This document shows, piece by piece, positions 18,545-27,969 of a DNA stretch of 46,388 nucleotides. Source of the stretch: Candidatus Angelobacter sp. GTDB taxonomy: Bacteria; Verrucomicrobiota; Verrucomicrobiia; Limisphaerales; AV2. Below the pieces are notes generated by a model that saw only the letters and a program-made list of their open reading frames with translations, made no database searches and was not told where the DNA came from. Position 1 is the stretch's first letter. Every line of letters starts with the position of its first letter. The stretch is from the NCBI GenBank assembly GCA_035607015.1, contig DATNDF010000505.1, positions 1 through 46,388 of the forward strand. The letters are read 5' to 3'. Position numbers and translations under genes: made by a program.

Positions 18545-19579
18545 ATGACCCTTCTTGCCCTCGAAACTTCCTGCGACGAAACCAGTGCGGCCGTCGTCCG
18601 GGCGGGACGGGTGCTCGCCAATGTCGTCTCTTCACAGATCAAACTCCATGCCGAATACGGCGGCGTTGTGCCGGAACTGGCGACGCGCGAACATTTGCGC
18701 AATCTCATGCCGGCGGCGGACGCCGCGCTGAACGAGGCCGGCGTGGCGCCGGCTGAACTCGACGCGGTGGCGGCGACGAAAGGACCCGGTTTGCCGAGCG
18801 CGCTGATGGTCGGATCGAAGGCCGCGCAGGCGATGGCTTTCGTTTTGCGCAAGCCGTTTGTCGGAATTCACCATCATGAAGCGCACCTTTATTCGCCGTG
18901 GATTTCAGGTGATCCGCTGACGGCGGACTTCGACTCAATTCAACCCAACGTCTCGCTCATCGTCAGCGGCGGACACACGATGCTTGTCCACGTTCAGGCC
19001 GGGTTGGAACATCAGTTGCTCGGCTCGACGGTTGACGATGCCGCAGGAGAATGTTTCGACAAAGTGGCGAAACTCATCGGCCTGCCATATCCCGGAGGGC
19101 CGGCGCTGGAGAAACTCGCGGAAGGCGCGAATGCATCGGCTTTCGAACTGCCCCGCCCGATGCTGCGCGACGCGAATGATGATTTCAGTTTCAGCGGCTT
19201 GAAAACATCCGTCCGTTATCTTCTGCGCGACCATCCTGAAATCCTGGAGGACCGCCGGCGCTTGCGTGCCCTTGCAGCGAGCGCGCAGGCGGCCATCGTT
19301 GACGTGCTGGTGGCCAAGACGGTGCGCGCCGCGAAACGACTGGGCGTGGGTTGCGTCACGGCATCCGGTGGCGTCACATGCAATCGCATGTTGCGCGAGG
19401 CGCTTGCCGCCGCGTGCAAGAAGAACGCTTTGCGACTGCGCCTGGCTGAAAAAAGCCTGTGCACCGACAACGCGGCAATGATCGGAATTCTCGCGGAGCG
19501 GAAGTTAATGCTTCGTCGTCCCTCGACCGACCCCGATGCCGATATCATTCCGAACTGGCCGCTCGACAGGGTTGCGTAA
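18545..19579 (+). CDS. tsaD: tRNA N6-adenosine threonylcarbamoyltransferase
   Basis: LALETSCDETSAAVV...HAEYGGVVPELATREH...HHHEAHL...SGGHT...ASGGVTCN are Kae1/TsaD signatures. Confidence 0.95.
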   Translation: MTLLALETSCDETSAAVVRAGRVLANVVSSQIKLHAEYGGVVPELATREHLRNLMPAADAALNEAGVAPAELDAVAATKGPGLPSALMVGSKAAQAMAFVLRKPFVGIHHHEAHLYSPWISGDPLTADFDSIQPNVSLIVSGGHTMLVHVQAGLEHQLLGSTVDDAAGECFDKVAKLIGLPYPGGPALEKLAEGANASAFELPRPMLRDANDDFSFSGLKTSVRYLLRDHPEILEDRRRLRALAASAQAAIVDVLVAKTVRAAKRLGVGCVTASGGVTCNRMLREALAAACKKNALRLRLAEKSLCTDNAAMIGILAERKLMLRRPSTDPDADIIPNWPLDRVA

Positions 19580-19590
19580 CGCGGCGCCGC

Positions 19591-22500
19591 TCAATTTGGA
19601 ATCAAGCGATAAAACCGGGTTGGAGTTGCACCGGGAGGCACGCGGCCGTTTTGTCCCGTATCGCGGAACACCCAATTCGTCGTGGAGGTGTTCGTGACAA
19701 CGTCCACGAGCTGCCAGGCGTCCGCAGACAGAATATCGGCGCATTCGACGCGCCAGACCGAATTGAAGGGAACAGTGATGCCCAGATCGGTGGCCTGGAC
19801 ACCCTGAAGGGCAGACGTTTCCTGGCTGACGGAGTTGATGCGGGCATCGACGGGCTCATAGGAGGTCGCTTTAAGATTCAGGTCGAAGGCGACGTCATCC
19901 CAAGAGGGCTGCCAGACGTTGTTGAGCGCGACAGCAATCGTGTTCGTGCCCGGTCGGAGCAGGTCAATGAACGGCGTCAGGTCGTAATATTCGGTTTCGT
20001 TTCCCTGAAGGCTGACGGCCTCGATGCCGGAAGTGGCGAGCCTGACGCCGTTGAGGTAAATCTCCAACGCTTTGCCGCCTCCATCCGTACACGTGGCCGA
20101 CAACAGCAGGTTCTCACAAGGCAGTGGCGGAGCGACGAACGTGTTGCGAAAGTAGTAAACGGGTTTTTGCGGCGGCAACGGTGTGACGATGTTCGTTGGC
20201 CCGCTCCCGGCTCCAAACTTCGCAATTCCAACCGGCCAAAGAAGGTCGTTGAACCCGGCGGCGAACCAGTTCGTTGAAGGCGCGGCCGTCGCGTATCGCC
20301 AGACTCCACCGAACGGAATCAGGTCGGTCCAGTTCGTTGACGCGGGAGAGGGAAGCGCGCGGAAGAAAACGTCATCAAGATAAATTGATCCGCTGCCGGG
20401 CGCGGCAATGCTGTAGCGATGCGTCAACTCGACGTTCGGAAAACCGGCCGGCATGACGAAAGTGCGATTGGCGTACGTCCAGCCGGTCGCATCCGCGCCA
20501 ACGACAAAATGCGGTGTGAAATAGAGCGGGAACGGACGCAAGGGACGGTCGTTGGTGTCTTCACCGGTCTTCGTGGAGCTCCATTCGAGCCAGTGTTCCG
20601 ACGGTTGGGAAATTCCCCCGCTCCTAAAGAAGCACCCAACGCTGTAAAGCCGGCCGGGTACCACGGGCAGGCAGGCGTCGGGCGTGCCGTATTGCCCATA
20701 CTGCGAGATTGAGCCGTTGTTGCCTTTGTTAACCAACGTAATCTCCATGGATTTCTGTCCCTGGTACGAGGTGTTGGTCGTGACCACCATGTTCGTCCAG
20801 TCAATGTCGCCGGTGAACCATTTGTCCCAATGACTGTTGTCGTTCTCCTCGAAGCCCCCGTTCGCGACGAGGTTGTCGTTGAACGAGGACAGCATGGCGA
20901 AAGGCGCGGAGCGGATTTCGCCGCCGGCCAGGACTGCCGCCACTTCATAAACGTATTGGCAGCCGGGCTTGAGTTGATAATCCGTGTAGGAATTTGCGCC
21001 GGCCGCCAGGGTGACGATGTGAGTGAACGGGCCCCCGGGTTGGTCGGCGCGATAGATGCGCCAGGCCCGGGCCGGGTTGGCAGTGGGCGTGCTCCACGAA
21101 AAAGCCGCGCGGCGGTAACCCGTCTGTCTGGAGATGATCAAAGGTGTGCCGGGCGGGAATAATGAAACGCCGAAGTTTCCATCGCGCCGACGGTTGCCGC
21201 GATGTGTCGACCAGGAAACCGGGCCGGAGTTGGTGGCACCGAAGTTTTGAATGTAAATGTGCCCCGCCAGCGAGCGGTAAATGACGTCGAGCCCGTTGCC
21301 ATCGACATCCGCCAGCGTTGGAATGTGCTTCAAACCGCCCGGCACCGGCACGGAAAACTTCAGCGAACCGTCGAGGCCGAAGACGTAAAGAGCTCCTTCG
21401 GACGGATTTTTCTCCGGGTCGTATGTGCCGATGACGATTTCCTCCTGGCCATCGCCATCCACGTCGCCGACGACGGGCGGCGTCGGCAGACACGGATAAA
21501 AACTCTTCGGCCAGCCCGGCCGGTCAACCAGCTCAACTCCGTTCCAGTACCGAAACGAGATGTCGTAAGAATGGGTAAAACTGAGGACGTCAATGTGGTT
21601 GTCGTGGTCGGGATTGAGCGGAATCATACAGGCGTTGTTTTGCCACTGATTGAGAGAATAGGTGACCGGCTGCTTCCATTGACGCCAGAGGATCGCGCCA
21701 TCATCGTCCAGAACGGTCTCACTGGGTTGCCAGAGGGGATTGAGTTGCGTGGTTGGCACAAGCACCTCCGCCCGTCCATCGCCGTCGATATCGACCGTGT
21801 AAACATCAACACCCTGTTCGTAAGCGCCGCTCAAGAGCCGTTGATTCTTGCCGAATTGCTTGTGCAACGTTCCGTTCCCATAAAGACCGTGCGGCCTGGT
21901 CTTGTCGAAGCAAACAACGCTGTCGCTGTCGTTCAGAACGTAGGTTTCCAGGGGCTTGTTCTCGTCCGCGTGCCCGACGGCCAGTCCGGATTCGACGAGC
22001 TGATGAATGTGATACACGTAATTTTTCGCGCCCGTGGCCGCGTCGAAAAAAACCACGCCCCCCGACCATGTTTCGCCGACCGTTCCCCATTCGCCAAAAC
22101 CCCAGATGTCATTGATGAACGGGTTGAAATCCTGGTCGCTGCTCGTGCTGTCCGGGTCTATTTTCCACGCTGTCACCACTTTTTTCGCACCGTCACCGTC
22201 GATGTCGGCGATGATCGGGCTGGATACCTGCGAGGAAAAAACCGCGGTTGCGGGAAGATTCGGAATGAACCCGCCGCCGTTGGACCAGTAAAAGCCGTTG
22301 GTGACCGTCATGTAGCCGCCATCGGGTATGTAGTTGAACCGGTTCACTTCGGTGGACCACATCAGCGAACCGTCGCCCCGCAGCGCGATCACACGAGCGC
22401 CGCATGTGAAGATGATTTCGTCGCGACCGTCGCCATCCAGGTCGTAAAGGGTCGGCGAGACGTTGATTTCCGCATCTCCCGCGAAGGGAAAACCGGACAA

Positions 22501-22788
22501 TCGCGTGCCATCCGGTTTGAAGGCGTCGAGATACCAGTGGCTGGATGAGTCTCGATAAGGAACGACGATCTCGAGCTGCGGGTCGTCGTCAAGATTACCA
22601 ACTGCGAGGGTCCCCAGGTGCCAGCCGCCGCTCCCGGCTTGAAAAGAGGAAACCTCCGCGGACTGCGCGGGTGGCGTTGGACAGAGCCAGATTGCCATGA
22701 GCACGCATCCTTGAGCGATGGGCTTGCGCAGGCAATCCGCGCGGTTGCCTGCGCGCAAATACTCCTGCCACCGGATCCAACGATTCAT
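19591..22788 (-). CDS. large secreted FG-GAP/VCBS-repeat protein with Ig/FN3- and CBM-like C-terminal modules
   Basis: 1065 aa. Repeated Ca-binding-like DxDGDG motifs: DLDGDGRDEIIF, DIDGDGAKKVV, DIDGDGRAEVLV, DVDGDGQEEIVIG, DVDGNGLDVIY. N-terminal hydrophobic signal. The C-terminus is ...PTRFYRLIPN. Confidence 0.85.
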   Translation of the reverse strand: MNRWIRWQEYLRAGNRADCLRKPIAQGCVLMAIWLCPTPPAQSAEVSSFQAGSGGWHLGTLAVGNLDDDPQLEIVVPYRDSSSHWYLDAFKPDGTRLSGFPFAGDAEINVSPTLYDLDGDGRDEIIFTCGARVIALRGDGSLMWSTEVNRFNYIPDGGYMTVTNGFYWSNGGGFIPNLPATAVFSSQVSSPIIADIDGDGAKKVVTAWKIDPDSTSSDQDFNPFINDIWGFGEWGTVGETWSGGVVFFDAATGAKNYVYHIHQLVESGLAVGHADENKPLETYVLNDSDSVVCFDKTRPHGLYGNGTLHKQFGKNQRLLSGAYEQGVDVYTVDIDGDGRAEVLVPTTQLNPLWQPSETVLDDDGAILWRQWKQPVTYSLNQWQNNACMIPLNPDHDNHIDVLSFTHSYDISFRYWNGVELVDRPGWPKSFYPCLPTPPVVGDVDGDGQEEIVIGTYDPEKNPSEGALYVFGLDGSLKFSVPVPGGLKHIPTLADVDGNGLDVIYRSLAGHIYIQNFGATNSGPVSWSTHRGNRRRDGNFGVSLFPPGTPLIISRQTGYRRAAFSWSTPTANPARAWRIYRADQPGGPFTHIVTLAAGANSYTDYQLKPGCQYVYEVAAVLAGGEIRSAPFAMLSSFNDNLVANGGFEENDNSHWDKWFTGDIDWTNMVVTTNTSYQGQKSMEITLVNKGNNGSISQYGQYGTPDACLPVVPGRLYSVGCFFRSGGISQPSEHWLEWSSTKTGEDTNDRPLRPFPLYFTPHFVVGADATGWTYANRTFVMPAGFPNVELTHRYSIAAPGSGSIYLDDVFFRALPSPASTNWTDLIPFGGVWRYATAAPSTNWFAAGFNDLLWPVGIAKFGAGSGPTNIVTPLPPQKPVYYFRNTFVAPPLPCENLLLSATCTDGGGKALEIYLNGVRLATSGIEAVSLQGNETEYYDLTPFIDLLRPGTNTIAVALNNVWQPSWDDVAFDLNLKATSYEPVDARINSVSQETSALQGVQATDLGITVPFNSVWRVECADILSADAWQLVDVVTNTSTTNWVFRDTGQNGRVPPGATPTRFYRLIPN

Positions 22789-22916
22789 CAGGCTGCGATT
22801 ATGGGCTTTCGCGGTCGAGACGTAACATCAGGGTCAGTCTCATTCCGCTGTCGGTGTCCTGCCTACAAGGACCGTATGGGCAGGCATGCCGTTAACGGCG
22901 TGCGAAAGAGGGAAGG

Positions 22917-24092
22917 CTACTTCGCGAGGCCTTTGCAGAAACGTTCCAGCCGCTCCAGTCCCTTCTCAATATTCGCCATGCTTGTCGCATAGCTGAGTCG
23001 AAGGTATTCATCCGCACCAAAGGCGATGCCGGGGACGGCGGCGACTTTTTCCAGTTCAAGCAGCTTCGCGCAAAAGTCGGTGGACTTGAGGCCGAGTTTG
23101 GAAATATTCGGGAAAAGATAGAAAGCGCCCTTCGAGTTCACGCAACTGACGCCGGGTATGCTGTTTAATTTCTTCCATGCGTAGGTGCGGCGCCTGTCGT
23201 ATTCGGCGAGCCATTTCGGGAGATGATCCTGTGGTCCGGTGAGCGCGGCGACGCCGCCCTTCTGCGCGAACGAAGTCGGGTTGCTCGTGCTGTGACTCTG
23301 GATGGCGTCAATGGCCCTGGCAATCGGCTCCGGCGCGGCGAGGAAGCCCAGACGCCAGCCGGTCATGCTCCACGCCTTGGCAAAGCCATGCACGACAATG
23401 GTGTGGTCATAGTGCCCCTGCGAAAAACTGGCGACGCCCTTGTGTTTGGCGCCGTCGTAGAGCAGATGTTCGTAAATCTCGTCGCTCATGATGAGCACGT
23501 CCTTCTCCACGCAAATATCGCCGATGGCCTTGACTTCCTCCGGTGTATAAACCGAACCGGTCGGGTTGCTGGGTGAGTTCAGGACGAGCAATCGTGTGCG
23601 CGGCGTGATCGCGTCGCGGAGCTGGTCTGGCGTGAGTTTGAATTCAGTCCGGTCGCTGGTCTGCAAAATGACCGGCTTCGCCCCCGCAAGCTTTACCATT
23701 TCAGGGTAGCTCAACCAGTACGGCGCGGGAATGACGACCTCGTCGCCTTCCTGACACGTCGCCAGGATGACGTTATAGCAGGAATGTTTGCCGCCGCAGG
23801 AGACGATGACCTGTGACGGTTTGTAGCTGAGGCCATTCTCGCGTTTGAACTTGTCGGCGATTGCCTGGCGCAATTCGGGAATGCCGCTCGACGGTGTGTA
23901 TTTCGTGAAACCTTCGTTGAGCGCCTTGATCGCAGCATCCTTGATGTGCTGTGGCGTGTCGAAATCGGGTTCGCCCGCACCGAAACCGACGACGTCCTGG
24001 CCTTCCGCCTTCATCTGTTTGGCCTTGGCGTCGATGGCCAGCGTGAGCGAAGGCGACAGCGAAGAGGCACGTTGCGATATTTTATAATTCAT
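22917..24092 (-). CDS. aspC: pyridoxal-phosphate-dependent aminotransferase (aspartate aminotransferase class I)
   Basis: MNYKISQRASSLSPSLTLAIDAKAKQMKAEGQDVVGFGAGEPDFDTP...SNPTG...FAKAWSMTGWRLG (PLP Lys context). The start is at 24092, or 24107 in the ORF track. Confidence 0.92.
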   Translation of the reverse strand: MNYKISQRASSLSPSLTLAIDAKAKQMKAEGQDVVGFGAGEPDFDTPQHIKDAAIKALNEGFTKYTPSSGIPELRQAIADKFKRENGLSYKPSQVIVSCGGKHSCYNVILATCQEGDEVVIPAPYWLSYPEMVKLAGAKPVILQTSDRTEFKLTPDQLRDAITPRTRLLVLNSPSNPTGSVYTPEEVKAIGDICVEKDVLIMSDEIYEHLLYDGAKHKGVASFSQGHYDHTIVVHGFAKAWSMTGWRLGFLAAPEPIARAIDAIQSHSTSNPTSFAQKGGVAALTGPQDHLPKWLAEYDRRRTYAWKKLNSIPGVSCVNSKGAFYLFPNISKLGLKSTDFCAKLLELEKVAAVPGIAFGADEYLRLSYATSMANIEKGLERLERFCKGLAK

Positions 24093-24171
24093 AAAAGCCG
24101 CAAACAAATAACGGCGAGGACAGGGGAGCGCAAGAGGGAATTCCTGTTGCGTCGAACTTCCAAATCGAAAG

Positions 24172-25077
24172 CTATTGCGCTAACAGCAAAATTGGATCTT
24201 TTGCCGGCCGCACATCTGCTTGGACACGTCGATAATCTTTGATTTCGCCGTTCAGATCAACAGGTTGTCCGATCTTCACGAATACTTTTGGAACGGCCCA
24301 TTTCCAATGCTCCGCGTGTCCGTCAGCGAAAGAGAAGTTACACCCTTGACTGTGCCGGTTCGCGGGCAAGTCCCACCATGTCGCTGCTGCGGGGATGCCA
24401 TTTGTGTTGACGAAATTCCAGCCTGGAGGTGGGATGCCAAACAGGGAGTCAAGGATTCCACCTTCGTGTACATCGATAAAAACGAACAACTGCGAGGGTG
24501 ACGGCTCATCGATAGCCGACTCTCTTTTAAAGCTGGGGGGATAAATAAATTGATCCGGGTCAATAGGATGTCCATTGATCGACTGGCTCATGTTGTAACT
24601 GCGTGTCCTTGTCAGAGGCAGTCGAATGCCGTCGGTCGTTTCAACTTTCGATTTGTCGGCTGGGCAATGATAGATGGCTATGGAGCGGTTGTACGAAAAG
24701 AGCAAACCACTTTCGATATTGGCCGGGGTTGAATCGTAGGGAGCCAATCCGGGGCACCAAGTAATGTTTGAGCTAAATCCTGCGGATGGTTGGCTTGTAT
24801 TAACGTCGTAGACGTAGTTGTTCGGAGGAAGGGTGTCCGTGTTATCGAGCGCGTAAAGATGACAGCAGATTTGAAGCTGCTTGAGATTGTTCATGCATGC
24901 GACACTCAATGCTTGAGCCTTTGCTTTGCCCAAGGCCGGCAAAAGGAGACCCGCTAGAATTGCGATCACGGCAATGACGACCAGCAATTCGATCAGTGTG
25001 AAGGCCGCCGGCCGGAATCCATTTTCCATTCCGCGTGAATGGACGCGCAGTTGTTTTTTGCTGGTGTTGATATTCAT
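24172..25077 (-). CDS. prepilin-type N-terminal cleavage/methylation protein, H-X9-DG family
   Basis: [31 protein letters not shown], and [14 protein letters not shown] gives H-X9-DG. Lower GC than its surroundings. Confidence 0.9.
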   Translation of the reverse strand: MNINTSKKQLRVHSRGMENGFRPAAFTLIELLVVIAVIAILAGLLLPALGKAKAQALSVACMNNLKQLQICCHLYALDNTDTLPPNNYVYDVNTSQPSAGFSSNITWCPGLAPYDSTPANIESGLLFSYNRSIAIYHCPADKSKVETTDGIRLPLTRTRSYNMSQSINGHPIDPDQFIYPPSFKRESAIDEPSPSQLFVFIDVHEGGILDSLFGIPPPGWNFVNTNGIPAAATWWDLPANRHSQGCNFSFADGHAEHWKWAVPKVFVKIGQPVDLNGEIKDYRRVQADVRPAKDPILLLAQ

Positions 25078-25158
25078 TCGGCCACCAAAGCCCGACCGTC
25101 ATGCAATTTAGCGGAAACGTCTCGATCCGCAAAGAAATTTGCCGAAAGGCCTCGCTGG

Positions 25159-26175
25159 TCAGTAGGTCAGCAGTTCCAGCAAATGATTTCCGTTTTGTCC
25201 GAGTTCCCAGCGGTTGCCGCGTTTCACCACCAGCCGGCGGCAGGGATTTTTCTCCTGCTCGTGCACGTTGACGGAGAGGACCTGGAAGCGGGCCTTGTTC
25301 TTGATTTCGGAAGCCGCGCGTGGAATGAGCCGGAATGGGATGCCGTTGAAATTCAGCGAAAGTTCGTAACCGGCCACGCCTTCTTTTTCCGCGATCGGAT
25401 TTCTTTCAATCAGGGCCGGATACCGTTTCAGCCAGGGAAAGTTTGTATCGCGCACAATAACGCGGCAGATTTCCGACTGCGAGCGAATGAAGTTCAACAA
25501 ATTGAAGTTTGCGCCCTGCTTTAGTTGTTCCAGGAAAATCAGCCGCGGATCCAAGCCCAGCAGGTTTTGTCCGTTCCATTCGCCATGGTCATTGCGCTGC
25601 CCGGGAAAGGCCTTCCCATACCAGGCGGAAAACCGGTCGTTGACGAAGAGGTCCAGCTCGAAGTGAACATGCGCACGTTCTTTGGAGATGCCTTCGCGTG
25701 TGTTGGTAGTGCGCCCCATGACGGCAATGGTCTCTCCCGCCTTGACCTCCAGGCCGATTTTCAGTCCCTCGCGAACTTTTTTTAAGTGGGCATAGAGGGA
25801 ATAAACTTCCAGACCAGCGATGTGGTGTCGGAGTATGACGTAGTTGCCATAGTTGGAAAGCGACGGTTTGGTGCTGAAATACACAACCGTGCCGTCAGCG
25901 GTGGCGACGACCGCATCAGCCGGCTCGCCTCGCGAGTCGCGTTGAAGACATTTGATGTCGAGTCCTTCGTGTATTTGCCGGCCATCCGAGCGTACACAAC
26001 CGAACGTGCCGGTTGTCCAAGGTTTGCCCACGGTACCGACAAAAAATCTTTCTCCGCCTCCAGACTCAAACAGGGTGTGATTGGCTGTCGGTGGCAGAAA
26101 CGGTTGTGGCAAGGCCGGTGACTGGGCGAAGGTGACCAGCAGGACTGGAAAACAACAGCAGGCGAGGCGGCGCAC
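25159..26175 (-). CDS. M23-family metallopeptidase, secreted
   Basis: HEGLDIKC (HxxxD), GNYVILRHH, YAHL, and HVHFEL (HxH). N-terminal signal MRRLACCCFPVLLVTFAQSPA. Confidence 0.88.
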   Translation of the reverse strand: MRRLACCCFPVLLVTFAQSPALPQPFLPPTANHTLFESGGGERFFVGTVGKPWTTGTFGCVRSDGRQIHEGLDIKCLQRDSRGEPADAVVATADGTVVYFSTKPSLSNYGNYVILRHHIAGLEVYSLYAHLKKVREGLKIGLEVKAGETIAVMGRTTNTREGISKERAHVHFELDLFVNDRFSAWYGKAFPGQRNDHGEWNGQNLLGLDPRLIFLEQLKQGANFNLLNFIRSQSEICRVIVRDTNFPWLKRYPALIERNPIAEKEGVAGYELSLNFNGIPFRLIPRAASEIKNKARFQVLSVNVHEQEKNPCRRLVVKRGNRWELGQNGNHLLELLTY

Positions 26176-26180
26176 GACAA

Positions 26181-26705
26181 CTAATTATTCTTTTTGGCCA
26201 CTTTTCGAGCCACATTATTCAGGCCAAGGACGATCTCCTCCGCTTCCTCGCGCGTGGCCGCTGGCGTGAAAATGAGCACGCCATCTGTGATCGGAGAACC
26301 GTACGGGGCGGCCAACCAGCGATTGTGCTCCAGCTTGCCGTTGCCGTATTGCGTGAAAATGGCGAGACGCCTGCCGCGGCTCTCCACAGTCACAGATTCC
26401 AGGATCAGCGTTCCGTGATGGTCGTATTGGACGCGCATGGCGAAGCCGCCATCGCGGGTGTTCACGACCGCCGCGTTGGTGACGCTGGTCTCGTCCAGGA
26501 AGGAAGCATTGTTCACGAACAGCTCGGTTCCGGCGATTTGGATGGCGGCGGTGGATTCCGTGCCGCCCGGATTGCCCTCGAGATGGAGGCGCAACGTGCT
26601 GATCGCCCGATCCCGCCCTCGTTGTTCCGCCGTCTTGCAGCCAACGACCATCACAAGCGCCAGCAGGGGCAAATAGGTGTTGAACCGGAGAAGGCGAGTC
26701 TTCAT
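26181..26705 (-). CDS. lipoprotein with SecD P1-head-like domain
   Basis: Lipobox LALVMVVGC. GRRLAIFTQYGNG...WLAAPYGSPITDGVLIFTPAATREEAEEIVLGLNN parallels the SecDF segment [47 protein letters not shown] found in this same window. Confidence 0.7.
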   Translation of the reverse strand: MKTRLLRFNTYLPLLALVMVVGCKTAEQRGRDRAISTLRLHLEGNPGGTESTAAIQIAGTELFVNNASFLDETSVTNAAVVNTRDGGFAMRVQYDHHGTLILESVTVESRGRRLAIFTQYGNGKLEHNRWLAAPYGSPITDGVLIFTPAATREEAEEIVLGLNNVARKVAKKNN

Positions 26706-26749
26706 ATTCGCGGTTAAAGAACCGAATCGTTCGCTGAAAGTAAAGACTT

Positions 26750-26848
26750 ATGGGCAAGCAATCCAACAAAGCCGAAAAACGCAGACGCCGTGCGCGCTAT
26801 TTGAAACGGAGGAAGGGAATCGCAAAGGCGAAAGTTTCGAAAGCTTGA
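26750..26848 (+). CDS. 32-aa highly basic small protein (possible ribosome/nucleic-acid-associated)
   Basis: Not in the ORF track (under 60 aa). ATG preceded by gaaagtaaagactt. Translation MGKQSNKAEKRRRRARYLKRRKGIAKAKVSKA, with 15 of 32 residues K or R. A canonical intrinsic terminator follows within 21 nt. Confidence 0.5.
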   Translation: MGKQSNKAEKRRRRARYLKRRKGIAKAKVSKA

Positions 26849-26868
26849 AGGTGTCGGCGATGAGCGAG

Positions 26869-26891
26869 GCCGCCCGCGGGGGCGGCTTTTT
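26869..26891 (+). terminator. rho-independent terminator
   Basis: GCCGCCC-gcgg-GGGCGGC, a perfect 7-bp GC stem, followed by TTTTT. Confidence 0.7.
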
Positions 26892-27099
26892 CGTTCGGAC
26901 GCCGAACAAAACTTGTTCACCAACGGTGATTGGCGCGAATGGCGGGTGTGAATAACACACTTTCGAATTGAATGGACGCCGCGGTTTCACGCGTGATCCT
27001 CGCTTGTTCACAAACCCTTCAACTGCGCGCTTCGGTCAATAACCTTGTGGACAACAATTCGTTGTTCCTTGCGTAATATTTGATAGTCTTTTCGCAGTT

Positions 27100-27969
27100 C
27101 ATTGAAAGAACCGGAACGGCCGGCGGCAATCGAAAGAATGACGTTGAACGTTCCGAAGATAATCCCAGGCAACTGGGGAAAGGTGGAGCCAGGCTGGTTG
27201 GCGCGACCCCTCGATGACCGGGCCGCAAGGCGCGGAAACTGGAGGCACAATTCACCAGCTCCTCTGGCGGCGTTCGCGCGCCGTCACAACGCGAATGAGG
27301 GGCTTGGCGGCCAGGAACGATGAGAAACCGTTCCGAGCCGGTTCAAGTAGTCCGGGAGAGTTTCGAACCCGGGCCAATCGCGGTTACCCAGAGGGTATTC
27401 GGTTGCTACCGCGCACCAGAACGGTGCGGGCGACTCTGGCGGATTCGAATTAAGTTTTGAAAACCGCCCAACGAAAAGCATCGAAAGATGGACAAAAGGA
27501 GCGCACGCACCGGGAAGGGCACGAGGTCTCGGCAGGATCCGTGAAAACCTTCCGAAACGCCGGCGATGTTAAAAACGGCACCGCTGGCCTGTGAGCCAAA
27601 AGCAACCTGAGAGTCAAGAGGCGAGACCCGTGGCACTGGGCCAACGCACAGCCAAAAGCCGTGGCCGACCCAGCGCTAAGTGGTGAAGACGCGGAGCCGT
27701 AGTCACAGACGTGTCTTGACCTGGTTCGCAAGCCGGTGGCGCAACCACCAGCACAAGCGAGCTGAAAAGCCTCACTCGAAATCCAGACGCAGCAATGCGC
27801 TGGGCGGCCCTGCTACGAGGCCGGAGACTCCGCTTGCCGTGGAGAATAGCGTCGGGAAGCTGGCAGCCAACGCGCGCCTAATGCCGGCACGGGAAAGAGA
27901 GTGTGGCGCACTCCCACCCCCCATTTCGTCCCCGTCGAATCGAAAGATTCGGCGGGGACATTTGTTTTC
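27100..27969 (+). ncRNA. candidate long structured non-coding RNA or leader, family not identified
   Basis: No credible ORF on either strand. Many short GC helices are joined by A-rich linkers (gaaaag, gtgaaaacc, gttaaaaac, gccaaaagc twice, gctgaaaagc, gggaaagag). It ends in a strong intrinsic terminator. The start coordinate is a guess, placed after the AT-rich patch at 27040-27100. Confidence 0.3.
27930..27969 (+). terminator. rho-independent terminator
   Basis: CCCCGTCGAATC-GAAA-GATTCGGCGGGG, a 12-bp stem with one G-T wobble and a GNRA loop, followed by ACATTTGTTTT. Confidence 0.75.

Noticed and set aside
27181-27262. Loose resemblance to a SAM-I riboswitch core (GGTGGAG..., ...GATGACCGGGC..., ...GGCACAATTCACCAG).
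   Set aside because: The key conserved elements (GGAGGGA, GGCAACC, a closing AGATGAG-type P1) are absent. No regulated gene follows within ~850 nt.
27428-27449. GGGCGACTCTGGCGGATTCGAA resembles the 5' end of tmRNA (GGGG..., then GGATTCGAC).
   Set aside because: Downstream I found no matching 3' acceptor strand, no canonical T-arm (GGxxx-TTCGAxT-xxxCC) followed by ACCA, and no plausible tag reading frame ending in ...AA-stop. The nearest ACCA-context candidate, at 27716-27749, has a mismatched T-stem. It still needs a proper covariance-model scan.
27300-27460. T-loop-like strings (GGTTCAAGT, GGGTTCGAAA on the minus strand, ATTCGAAT) suggested a tRNA or tRNA-Sec.
   Set aside because: None can be flanked by complementary 5-bp T-stems or by acceptor and anticodon arms in either orientation.
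27694-27727. 34-nt hairpin GAGCCGTAGTCACAGACGTGTCTTGACCTGGTTC, with the length and the GAGCC/GGTTC ends of group II intron domain V.
   Set aside because: The internal pairing does not reproduce the domain V architecture: there is no GNRA loop and the bulge is on the wrong strand. No reverse transcriptase or maturase ORF and no other intron domains are evident.
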